This document shows positions 40,366 through 49,696 of a stretch of 64,000 nucleotides of DNA, piece after piece. The stretch is taken from contig CAVZDU010000001.1 of NCBI GenBank assembly GCA_963774265.1, forward strand, positions 480,001 through 544,000, given 5' to 3'. Position numbers and translations under genes: made by a program. A model generated the notes under the pieces. That model did not search any database. It saw only the letters and a list, made by a program, of their open reading frames with translations, and was not told where the DNA came from. Numbering within the stretch: position 1 is the stretch's first letter; the number at the start of each line of letters is the position of its first letter. This DNA comes from an uncultured Chloroflexia bacterium. Lineage in GTDB: Bacteria; Chloroflexota; Anaerolineae; CG2-30-64-16.

Positions 40366-41244
40366 ATGACCGGCACCAATGCGCGCCGAACCCATGCTCA
40401 CAGACTGACCAAACAACGAATGGCGCGATCCCTGCCAAGGCTGAACCCATTCGCTGCGCTCTGGGTTTTCGTCGCCCTGCTCTCGGCCGGCTGTCAACCA
40501 ATCCCAGCCCCTCATCCGCCACAGCCGGTCACACTCACCGTCTCGGCAGCCGCGGATTTGACCTACGCCTTCAGCGAGATCGGCAAGCAGTTCGAAGCGG
40601 AGACCGGCCATAAGGTCGTCTTCAACTTCGGCTCCACCGGCCAGTTGGCTCAGCAGATCGAACAGGGCGCGCCGGTGGACCTGTTTGCGGCCGCCAACGC
40701 CAGCTACGTCGATGACCTGGAGCGGCAAGGACTGATCCTGCCCGATACAAAGCGGTTGTACGCGCGCGGTCGCATCACGCTCTGGACGCGGGCTGACAGT
40801 CCGTTGCAGATCACGCGGGTGGAGGAGTTGACGCGGCCCGAAATCGTGCGTATTGCCATCGCCAATCCCGACCACGCACCCTACGGCATGGCCGCGCGCC
40901 AGGCCATGCAGACGGCGGGTGTCTGGGAGGCGGTGCAGCCCAAGCTGGTGTTCGGCGAAAACGTGCGGCAGACGCTGCAGTATGCCGAGACGGGCAACGT
41001 GGATGTGGCGATCGTGGCGTTGTCGCTCAGCGTGCCTGCGGCGGCCGCACAAGGCGCGCCTGGCCGTTGGACCTTAATCCCCGAGGAACTGCACTCACCG
41101 ATTGACCAGGCGCTGGCGATAGTCAAGGGCACGCAATACGAGGAGGCTGGCCGCGCCTTTGCCGCCTATGTCAATGGCCCTGAGGGACGTCCGATTATGC
41201 GCAAGTACGGCTTTATCTTGCCGGGCGAGGAACCGACCCGATGA
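40366..41244 (+). CDS. modA: Molybdate ABC transporter substrate-binding lipoprotein
   Basis: Lipobox SAGC, VSAAADL, FGSTGQLAQQIEQGAP.DLF, IANP.HAPYG, GENVRQ. Confidence 0.9.
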   Translation: MTGTNARRTHAHRLTKQRMARSLPRLNPFAALWVFVALLSAGCQPIPAPHPPQPVTLTVSAAADLTYAFSEIGKQFEAETGHKVVFNFGSTGQLAQQIEQGAPVDLFAAANASYVDDLERQGLILPDTKRLYARGRITLWTRADSPLQITRVEELTRPEIVRIAIANPDHAPYGMAARQAMQTAGVWEAVQPKLVFGENVRQTLQYAETGNVDVAIVALSLSVPAAAAQGAPGRWTLIPEELHSPIDQALAIVKGTQYEEAGRAFAAYVNGPEGRPIMRKYGFILPGEEPTR

Positions 41245-41348
41245 GTTGGCATCCGCGCTAGCTGTCACTGCAGGTGGATGAATTGCCCTGCCTCGCGATT
41301 CATGGCATCATTGCCGGTGGGGCGATGCAGCCCTTGGAGATACTCTGT

Positions 41349-43142
41349 ATGCACCCAGGCCTCAATCTGCTTCTTTGTTTTCTCCTGGCGCCCCTATTTG
41401 CGCTCGCTCAACTTGCACCACCTGTGATGACGATCCCGCAGATTCAGGGCCCCGGCGCAGCTTCCCCATACGCCGGCCAACGACTGGCGATCCCTTTGCG
41501 CGGCTGCATCACCGGCGTGACGGCCGAGGGTTTTTTCATGCAGGATCCCCTTGGTGATGGCGACGCGCGCACTTCCGATGGCGTCTATGTCTACCGGTAC
41601 AGCAAGTGGGTGAACCCACGCAAGCTGAAGCCGGGCGACTTGGTCGAAATCACCCGTTACGAGGTGCAGGAGTACTACGGCCAGACCGAGATTGCCGGTT
41701 TGAGCGATGACAAGTCGCTGACCTACCGCGTGCTCGGCAGTTGCAAGCTGCCCGCACCGGTGCGCATCGCGGCGCCGGAGGACCCGGGCGAGGACCTGGC
41801 CTTGCGCTATGAGGCGGTCGAAGCGCAGCGGGTGACCCTCGATCTCGATGCCTCCGTTGTCGGTCCAACGCAGCGTTTCGAGTCCCGCCATCCTGCCGGC
41901 GATCCGGAAATCACAGTCGTGGGGAGCGGCAGCCCTTATTACGGTCAGCGCATCTTTGCCGGCCAGTTGCCCATCGATCGTGGGGCCCTGGCGCTATCGG
42001 GCGGCCTGGGGCTTGACCTCCCGCAGGCCGGCACGTTCGATCGGATTGTGGCCAAGGGCCTGACTGGCATCCTTGCCTACCAGTTCGGCCGCTATGTCCT
42101 CCTGGTGGAAGATCCTGGCCTGCTCAGCGTCGCGCGTGTGGACAGGCAACCTGTATCTGTTGCACCGTCCGGGCCTGACGAGTGGACCGTTTGCACCTTC
42201 AACGCCAAGAACCTCTTCGATGCCGTTGACGATGGTGACGGCGACCTGGGAGATTGGACGCCGGCAACTGAGTTCGCGTATCGCAGAGACATTGAGAGCA
42301 CCGCCGCATTGCTCCGCGGCACACTGGGCGGCTGCACGATCATCGCTTTGCAGGAGATTGAGGGGAAAGACGGAGTGTGGACGGACCTGGCGCGCGCTGC
42401 CGGCCCGAACTACCGTTTCGACTACTGGGAGAGCGTGGATGGACGCGACATCACCGTTGGGTTGCTGTACGATAGCACACGGGTGGAACTGTTGCGCAGC
42501 GTGCCAGCGCAAGCATGCGGTGCGGTGGATTATGGGGTCGATGTCAGCATGGCGCGCGGGAACCGCGTGCGGGCTGTCCCGTGTGCGGCGGGGACCTACC
42601 CGTTGTACGACCGTCCACCGCATGTTGCGGATGTGGTCGTCGCAAACGCGGCAGGCGACAGGCATATGGAGGTGCGCCTGGTCGTGGTGCATCTGAAGTC
42701 TAAACGCGGGGACGAGGCGGCGAACCTCGGCCGGCGTGTGCAGCAGGCCGGGCATGTGGCCTCACTCCTTGATGCGGCACATGCCATCGCCCTGGGCGAC
42801 TTCAACGATGATCTCGGATCGCGGCCTGTGGCCCAGCTCGATTCGTTTGTCAACCTCTACCGCAGGCACACCTCACCGGCCGATCGCTACAGCTACATCT
42901 ACAGCGGGCGCGCGCAGGCCGTTGACCATATCATCATCTCACCCGAGTTGGATCGCTATTACGCGGATGGCGGCGCGGTGCACGTCAATGCAGACTTTGG
43001 GGAGCCACTCGCTGGAGCGGCTGGACGCACTTCCGACCACGATCCGGTCGTGGCGCGGTTCCTCTTCCGCCCGACAGGTGTCAGCGATGCCTTGATCGGC
43101 GCAGCTTGCGGCGCTTACAGCCAATCCTTCCGTTTGAAATAG
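41349..43142 (+). CDS. Secreted ExeM/NucH-like nuclease (OB fold plus EEP domain)
   Basis: IPQIQG..SPY.G, GFFMQD..GDGD..TSDG, TFNAKNLFD, LQEIE, HLKSK, GDFND, SDHDPV. Confidence 0.85.
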   Translation: MHPGLNLLLCFLLAPLFALAQLAPPVMTIPQIQGPGAASPYAGQRLAIPLRGCITGVTAEGFFMQDPLGDGDARTSDGVYVYRYSKWVNPRKLKPGDLVEITRYEVQEYYGQTEIAGLSDDKSLTYRVLGSCKLPAPVRIAAPEDPGEDLALRYEAVEAQRVTLDLDASVVGPTQRFESRHPAGDPEITVVGSGSPYYGQRIFAGQLPIDRGALALSGGLGLDLPQAGTFDRIVAKGLTGILAYQFGRYVLLVEDPGLLSVARVDRQPVSVAPSGPDEWTVCTFNAKNLFDAVDDGDGDLGDWTPATEFAYRRDIESTAALLRGTLGGCTIIALQEIEGKDGVWTDLARAAGPNYRFDYWESVDGRDITVGLLYDSTRVELLRSVPAQACGAVDYGVDVSMARGNRVRAVPCAAGTYPLYDRPPHVADVVVANAAGDRHMEVRLVVVHLKSKRGDEAANLGRRVQQAGHVASLLDAAHAIALGDFNDDLGSRPVAQLDSFVNLYRRHTSPADRYSYIYSGRAQAVDHIIISPELDRYYADGGAVHVNADFGEPLAGAAGRTSDHDPVVARFLFRPTGVSDALIGAACGAYSQSFRLK

Positions 43143-44161
43143 ATGACCAGGCCCGTCGTAACCAGAACGATGAGCGAAAACGCCCACAAGCTGCCTATGC
43201 CCCAGCGCAGTTCGGGCATGTTTTGGAAATTCATGCCGTAGAAGCCCGTGATCAGGCTGCCTGCCATCAGGATGATCGACGCGATGGTCAGCACCTTCAC
43301 GATCTGGTTCAGGTGGTTGGACTGGAGGGAGAGATAAGAATCGAGTGCGCTGGATAATAAATCGCGATAGGTATCGATGCTGTCTGTCACGCGCACGATG
43401 TGATCGTAGATATCCTGCAGGTAAGCCACATCTGCGGGTCGAAAGATCGGCAATTCCCGGCGCAACAATACGTTGAGCACATCGCGTTCTGGCGCCACGA
43501 TCCGGCGCATGGAAAGCAGATCTTTCTTGAGGCGGAAGATACTCTGAATCGACTGTTCGTTGAATTGCTCGAAGATCGTATCTTCCAGCTCCTCGACCCG
43601 GTCCGCCACGCGATCCATGAGTGGGAAATAATCGTCGACAACGGCATCGAGGAACGAATGCACGAGTGCGCCAACGGTGTTGCCTAACGGGCTGTCAGGC
43701 ATCTGCCACCGGGCCAGTGTATCCCGAACGTGTTGAATGTCGCCCCCATGCACCGTGACAAGGTAGTTCTGGCCGACAAACATGTTGATCGCTTCTGTCA
43801 GGACATGATCTTGCGCTGGATCGAAACGCGCTTCGTAGAACACGATGAAATAGTATGCATGTCGTCCTGGGCGGGTGGAGACTCCGTTTTGGGACGTGAG
43901 GTCTTCTTCAGGCCTCAGGGTGTGCTGAAGGACTGTGTGCTCGTAAGCGTCCACCTTCGGCCGCTCATGGGCCCGTGTGGCATCCTCGATGGCCAGGGGA
44001 TGGAACCCGAATTCCTCGCGCAGCAACCGGTTGTCTTCGTCGTTCGGTGACTGAATGTCAAGCCAGGTCACCGTGTCCGGAGCAGCGAGCACATCGCTGA
44101 TCGCAGTCGGTGCGAGGTCGCTCGAGAAGCTGCCGTTTCGGCAAATGATCAGAGTCCGCAT
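43115..44161 (-). CDS. corA: Magnesium/cobalt transporter CorA
   Basis: FGFHPLAIED, RPKVD, YLQDIYDH, GFYGMNF..MPEL.W. Confidence 0.95.
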   Translation of the reverse strand: MRTLIICRNGSFSSDLAPTAISDVLAAPDTVTWLDIQSPNDEDNRLLREEFGFHPLAIEDATRAHERPKVDAYEHTVLQHTLRPEEDLTSQNGVSTRPGRHAYYFIVFYEARFDPAQDHVLTEAINMFVGQNYLVTVHGGDIQHVRDTLARWQMPDSPLGNTVGALVHSFLDAVVDDYFPLMDRVADRVEELEDTIFEQFNEQSIQSIFRLKKDLLSMRRIVAPERDVLNVLLRRELPIFRPADVAYLQDIYDHIVRVTDSIDTYRDLLSSALDSYLSLQSNHLNQIVKVLTIASIILMAGSLITGFYGMNFQNMPELRWGIGSLWAFSLIVLVTTGLVIYFKRKDWL

Positions 44162-44264
44162 TGCATCATCACCTCACGGAGTACATCATACTCTTTTCGG
44201 CTCTGTGTGTCACGTCAACTTTTGTTTGACCCTGCCCGAGACATAAACTATACTGATTTCTTGC

Positions 44265-45890
44265 ATGATGCACCAACCTGAGCGTTCCCTCGGTGTTCGG
44301 AGTGGCGATCCGACACTCTTGCTGGCATTTCTGCTGCCTGTCTTCGCCTGGGCCCCGCTGACCTACCCTGGCTATTTTGCGTTTCGCAGCGGCTTCGTGC
44401 CTGTATTCAACCTGGCGGATTTTCTGGCCAATTTTGGCGACTGGCGTTGGGCGCCAGGGGTCGGTGTTGGCCATGACTTGTTGCGCGGGGAACGCAGCCT
44501 GCCTTACCTGATGGGAGCGCTGCCCGCCACGCTCGGCGCAACGCCTGCCGACGCGACGAAACTGCTCTTCGGCTTGTGTATTCTTGTGGCGAGCGTAGGA
44601 ATGGTTGGGTGGGCGCGGCGCCGGCTGGGCAGCTGGCCCGCCCTTGTTGCTGCGACAGCTTACATGTGCAGCCCCATTGCCCTTGCGACGATCTATGGCC
44701 GGGGCGCCTTCGGGGAAGCTGTCTTGCTAGGCCTGGCGCCGTGGATCATTTGGTCGGCTGAGGCGTTTCTGTGGGGCAAGCGCCGTGCGGCGATCGGACT
44801 TGTCGCCGGCGTTGCGGCTGCCCTGTGGACGCAGACAGGACTCGCGTTGTGGCTTGTGGCCATCCTGGTGGCTTATATCCTGACCTTCGCATTTCGGGAC
44901 GCTGTCCGCGGATCGCGTAGGGTGCATGCCTCCCTGGCCGTGCTGGTCGGCCTTGTACTGGGCTTATTGGGGCTGCTACCGATCTTTCTCAGCAAGGGAT
45001 TTGGAGGTGGTGCCCCCACTGATTTCCTTGGGCAGTTCATGGGCTTGCACGAGATCCTGGGCATGTCTGAACTCAGCATGGCGCCCGGATTGGGTCTGGG
45101 AGTGGTTGCGATCGGCCTGGCTCTTTTCGCTTTCTTGCTGCCGTCACCTTCTCCGCTACCGCAAGAGCCTCCTGAGGTGCCTATCGATAGCGAACTGAGG
45201 CGAGTTCGCAGTTACGCGCTCGTTGTTGTTATCCTGCTGGTGTTCCTGTCGGTGGGCCTGTCTGCGCCAGTGTGGCGCGTCCTGCCATTCCTTACGAGAA
45301 CGCTGACTTATCCGTGGCAGCTACTGTTGTTGGCTGGTCCCTGGCTCGCCTGGCTGGCCGGGCTGGGTGCGCGGCAACTCGGGGCGCTGCAGCCCAAATC
45401 AGGGCAGGCGGCTGCCGCCGTGTCCCTATTCGCCGGCGTTCTGGCCCTCGTGCTGCTGGAGGCATATACTGATTTGCGCCCCGTAACGACTGCCGAACCG
45501 GTGGGCCGTGCCCCCCTCGCCATCTACGGCGACAACGAGATTGCGCTGCTCAGCGTGGAAACGGAAGGCACTCCCGGGCCGGGGAGACGTGTTGTGCTCG
45601 AAGCGCATTGGCAGGCGCTCCGGCCTCTAGCCGACGACTACACGGTTTTCGTTCATGTGGTGGGGGCGAACGAGCAGCGCTACGCACAGCATGACGGGAT
45701 GCCGCTGGACGGTCAATTGCCGACAACACGTTGGCTGCCGGGCGCTATCCTCACGGACCGCTACGAAGTCGTGCTCTCGCCTGATGCACCCAGTGGCTCC
45801 GATTATCGCTACTGGCTGGGATGGTACTTGGGCCAAACCGGGGAGCGGTTGGCCGTAGGCGAAGATGACAAATACGTGGTCACGCCATAA
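44265..45890 (+). CDS. Polytopic membrane protein, PTPS-related/YfhO-like (putative GT-C glycosyltransferase)
   Basis: Many TMs, YGRGAFGE, YPWQLL; C-terminal DYTVFVH...Q.DG.P...PT..W.PG domain. Confidence 0.7.
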   Translation: MMHQPERSLGVRSGDPTLLLAFLLPVFAWAPLTYPGYFAFRSGFVPVFNLADFLANFGDWRWAPGVGVGHDLLRGERSLPYLMGALPATLGATPADATKLLFGLCILVASVGMVGWARRRLGSWPALVAATAYMCSPIALATIYGRGAFGEAVLLGLAPWIIWSAEAFLWGKRRAAIGLVAGVAAALWTQTGLALWLVAILVAYILTFAFRDAVRGSRRVHASLAVLVGLVLGLLGLLPIFLSKGFGGGAPTDFLGQFMGLHEILGMSELSMAPGLGLGVVAIGLALFAFLLPSPSPLPQEPPEVPIDSELRRVRSYALVVVILLVFLSVGLSAPVWRVLPFLTRTLTYPWQLLLLAGPWLAWLAGLGARQLGALQPKSGQAAAAVSLFAGVLALVLLEAYTDLRPVTTAEPVGRAPLAIYGDNEIALLSVETEGTPGPGRRVVLEAHWQALRPLADDYTVFVHVVGANEQRYAQHDGMPLDGQLPTTRWLPGAILTDRYEVVLSPDAPSGSDYRYWLGWYLGQTGERLAVGEDDKYVVTP

Positions 45891-45905
45891 CACGAAACAG
45901 GTATT

Positions 45906-47849
45906 GTGATTATGCAACCGGGATCGAACATCAGCACTGAGCCGAAGACCGATGCGGCGGAAGAACATCCGGCTGCGCGGCAGGGTTGGCTGACCATTGG
46001 CCTCTTGCTGCTCTTTGGGTTGGCTGCCATCGCGCCCTTGTTGCAGCCCGGTTACTTTTGGGGCGCGCACGACGCGCGCCACGATGTCTACTTCATCTTT
46101 CAGTACGGGCTCTCGTTCAAAGAAGGCATCCTCTGGCCGCGCTGGTCGCCCGACTGGACGTTCGGCTATGGCTACCCCTTCTTCACGATTTACGCGCCGC
46201 TTGCGACGTTCGTCGGCGTACTGTTCAATCAGGTGGTGGGCCTCGGCTATGAAGCAAGCGTGAAAGCTGTGCTTGCGTTGTCCGTGATCGGTTCTGGGTT
46301 GGCGATGTACGGGTTTGTCCGTTCCTTCCTTGGACGGCGCGTGGGGCTCGTGGCGGCAGTGGCTTACATGGTGGTTCCGTATCACCTGGTAAATGTGTAC
46401 GTGCGCGCGGCGATGGCCGAATCTTTTGCTCTGGCGTTGTTGCCGCTGGCGCTCTGGGCCTTTCGGGAGGCTGTTTGCCATCCTCGATTGCGGTCAGTTA
46501 TAGCCGCGGCACTCGCGCTCGCCGCGCTCATGTGGACCAGTAATCTTGTCGCCCTCGTGTTCACGCCGGCTCTGGCAGCTTACGTCGTTGCTCTCATCTT
46601 GCTTGAGGCACGCCGCCGGCGGGTGTTGGGTGGGACTGCCGGCAGTCCCTTGCGAGCCCTGTGGACGAGCGAGACCCTGCGCTCGGTCATGGCCCCCGGA
46701 TTGGCCTTGGTGTTTGGTCTTGGCCTCAGTGCGGCCTTCTTTGTCCCGGCATTGATCGAGCAAGGCTTCATCAACAAGACCCAGTGGTTCGGAGAGTATT
46801 ACAATCCGGAACAGCATTTCGTTTACTTCAATCAGTTGTTCGATCCTTCTTGGGGGTTCGGGATCAGCCAGCCGGGACCGGATGACGCGGCGCAAGGCAG
46901 CCTGAGTTATCAACTGGGCGCGGCCGCCACGCTCTTCACACTCATCAGCCTGGCGCTCAGTGGTCGCTTCAAACCGCGCTTGCGCGGCGAGCTGCGCTTC
47001 TGGGGCGTTTGGCTGTTGGTGAGCGTCTTCCTGACCTTGCCGGCTTCAGTGTTGCTATGGCGGACCATACCCATCGTCGGTTACGCCCAGTTCCCCTGGC
47101 GGTATCTGATGCTGGCGATCCTTCCGTTGAGCATTCTTCCCGCCGCACTCGTGGAGCTTGGTTCTACGGTGTCTGAAGATATCGGAGTTGCCTCACCGGG
47201 TGCTTACGGCCCTTGGCCCGCAGTCCTGCTGAGTGCACTGCTGCTTCTATCGAGTTACCCTTATCTGAAGGTCGAGATTCGTGAGCCAACGCCCGAACAG
47301 GGTCCCGTGTCCATGGCCGCGCTCATGCGTTTCCAGCGCACCAGCGATGAGATGACCGGGGTCACCGCATGGGTTGATTCCGTTCGCCGGCCGATGTGGT
47401 CGGATATGGCGGAACTGTGGGTGCATGGGAAGGAAGTGACCACGCGCGTCGACTATTCCCGTGTGCCGCAGAATGAAACGCTCGCAGTGAACTCCGAAGA
47501 CGTTGGCACGGCGCACGAGCAGATTTTCTTCTACGCCAAAAATCCGGGTCAGGCTATTACATTCAACCGTTTTTGGTATCCGGGCTGGACCGCGTGGCTG
47601 CTCGACGGCAAGAACGGCCGCCCCGTCGGTAAGTTGGACCTGCAGCGCGAGGACGGTCCCCTGGCGCGAATCGTAGTCCCAATTCCTGCAGGCGAGGGCT
47701 ACATCCTGTTGCGGTTCGAGGACACGCCGTTGCGAGCGGCGGCCAAATGGGCCACTTACGGTACGTTTTTTGTCTTGTTGCTGACCGTTGGCGTGACGTT
47801 CCTTCGGCGACGGTCAGCCGCGGAGCATGAGCAAGCGAGGCTTCAATGA
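45906..47849 (+). CDS. PTPS-related/YfhO-like membrane protein (putative GT-C glycosyltransferase)
   Basis: AHDARH, PRW.PD..FGYGYPFF.IYAPL, PYH....YVRAA.AE, QFPWRYL, WYPGW. Confidence 0.8.
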   Translation: MIMQPGSNISTEPKTDAAEEHPAARQGWLTIGLLLLFGLAAIAPLLQPGYFWGAHDARHDVYFIFQYGLSFKEGILWPRWSPDWTFGYGYPFFTIYAPLATFVGVLFNQVVGLGYEASVKAVLALSVIGSGLAMYGFVRSFLGRRVGLVAAVAYMVVPYHLVNVYVRAAMAESFALALLPLALWAFREAVCHPRLRSVIAAALALAALMWTSNLVALVFTPALAAYVVALILLEARRRRVLGGTAGSPLRALWTSETLRSVMAPGLALVFGLGLSAAFFVPALIEQGFINKTQWFGEYYNPEQHFVYFNQLFDPSWGFGISQPGPDDAAQGSLSYQLGAAATLFTLISLALSGRFKPRLRGELRFWGVWLLVSVFLTLPASVLLWRTIPIVGYAQFPWRYLMLAILPLSILPAALVELGSTVSEDIGVASPGAYGPWPAVLLSALLLLSSYPYLKVEIREPTPEQGPVSMAALMRFQRTSDEMTGVTAWVDSVRRPMWSDMAELWVHGKEVTTRVDYSRVPQNETLAVNSEDVGTAHEQIFFYAKNPGQAITFNRFWYPGWTAWLLDGKNGRPVGKLDLQREDGPLARIVVPIPAGEGYILLRFEDTPLRAAAKWATYGTFFVLLLTVGVTFLRRRSAAEHEQARLQ

Positions 47850-48815
47850 TACGAACAGAAGGTCTAACCAAGCATTTCCGGAGCGACGGCCGCGAAATTC
47901 ACGCCGTCGATGGCCTGGACCTGCAAGTGAGCGAGGGCGAGGTGTTCGGCTTTCTTGGCCCCAACGGTGCGGGCAAGACGACCACGGTGCGCCTGCTCAC
48001 CGGTCTGATCGGACCCACGAGTGGGCGCGCCTGGGTGAACGGCCTCGAGTTGGGCCGGGACGACGAAAAGATCCGGGCCAGCGTGGGCATCCTGACGGAG
48101 TCTCCCGGGCTGTATGAGCGCCTGAGCGCCAGATACAATCTCGAGATCTTCGCTGAGTTGTATGGCTGCCGAGATACGCAGGGGCAGGTTCAGAAGTACC
48201 TGCGCCTGCTAGACCTGTGGGATCGGCGCGACACAGAAGCCGGCACTTTTTCCAAAGGCATGAAGCAGAAACTGGCAATCGCACGGGCACTGCTCCATGA
48301 GCCGCCTGTCGTCTTTCTTGATGAACCGACCTGCGGCGCTGGATCCTGAGGCCGCCAAAACGGTGCGCGACTTCATCGAGACGCTCCGCGGCCAGGGTCG
48401 AACGATCTTCCTATGCACGCACAACCTGGACGAGGCCGAGCGGCTGTGCGACCGCATTGGGGTGTTCAAGCAACGACTGATTGCAGTCGACGCGCCGGAC
48501 ACCTTGCGCCGCCAGTTGTTCGGCCGGCAAACGGTCATCCACCTGGCGCCGGGCAGCCCGCTGGACCAGTTGGCCCTTGTCGTGGGCGGCTTAGCCGGCG
48601 TGAAGCACGTGCAGCCGATGGCGCCTGATAACAGCGGCTCAGCGCAATTGGTCATCAGTCTCAGTGATCCGGCGAGTCAGAACCCGGCAATCGTGCGAGC
48701 ATTGATCGAGCACGGCGCAGACGTTCAGTTTGTCAACGAGCTCAAGCATTCCTTGGAGGATGTCTACTTGAGCCTGATTCACGATGGTGCAGGGAATCAG
48801 GGAGGTGCGCGATGA
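47846..48815 (+). CDS. ABC-2 type transporter ATP-binding protein (frameshift near 48333)
   Basis: GPNGAGKTT, FSKGMKQK, LDEPT|AALDP, THNLDEAE. Confidence 0.92.
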
Positions 48816-49603
48816 ACGCTGTGATGACGGTCATCAAGAAGGAATGGGCAGAGGTCCGCAAAAACAAGCTCGTGCTATCAGTGGTATTGTTCGTGCCGTT
48901 GCTGATGACGATCATTCCGTTGGTCATGCTGGCACTGATGGGGCGAATTGGGGTCAGCCAGAGCGATTACGACGAGCTGGGCCGGATGTTGAATAATCCG
49001 ATCTTTGCGGAGCTCACCCCGGTGGAGGCTATGCAGTCGGTAATGGCTTCGAACTTCCTGGTGCTTTTTCTGATGATGCCGCTCATGGTGCCCGTCACCA
49101 TCGCGGCTTACAGCATCGTGGGAGAGAAGGTGACCCGCTCGCTGGAGCCGCTGCTAGCCACGCCGATCAGCACCACCAAACTGCTGCTCGCCAAAGGGCT
49201 AGCCGCTGCACTGCCCGGCATCATTACCGCCTGGGTCAGCTACGGGCTGTTCCTGATAGGAGCGCGTATCTTCGCGGTCAGTGACAGGGTGTTCAATATC
49301 TTCATTAACCCGATGTGGCTGGTCGCCATGCTGGTCCTTGCACCCTTGCTGACCATTATGGCCGTGAACGTGGGCATCATCGTCAGCAGTCGAACGTCGG
49401 ACCCGTGCGCCGCGGAGCAACTGGGGAGCCTGATCATTTTGCCGTTGATGATCCTTTTCATCGGTCCGATGGTCGGGTTCATCCAACTTAGCAGCACGAC
49501 CTTCTGGATCAGTGCGTTGATTGCTTTGCTCGCCGATGTAGTCCTGGTTTACCTGGGCGTCAAGCTCTTCCAGCGGGAAACCATCCTGACGCGCTGGAAG
49601 TGA
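48812..49603 (+). CDS. ABC-2 type transporter permease
   Basis: IKKEW, SIVGEK..RSLEPLLATP, 6 TMs. Confidence 0.9.
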   Translation: MNAVMTVIKKEWAEVRKNKLVLSVVLFVPLLMTIIPLVMLALMGRIGVSQSDYDELGRMLNNPIFAELTPVEAMQSVMASNFLVLFLMMPLMVPVTIAAYSIVGEKVTRSLEPLLATPISTTKLLLAKGLAAALPGIITAWVSYGLFLIGARIFAVSDRVFNIFINPMWLVAMLVLAPLLTIMAVNVGIIVSSRTSDPCAAEQLGSLIILPLMILFIGPMVGFIQLSSTTFWISALIALLADVVLVYLGVKLFQRETILTRWK

Positions 49604-49696
49604 TGCCAGGCTACGGACAAAAGTACACGGGGAACTTATCCTCGAGTTTCCTCGTATTGTTGCTGCGTTCTTTTTTCATTGGGAGGAGGCGGCCTC

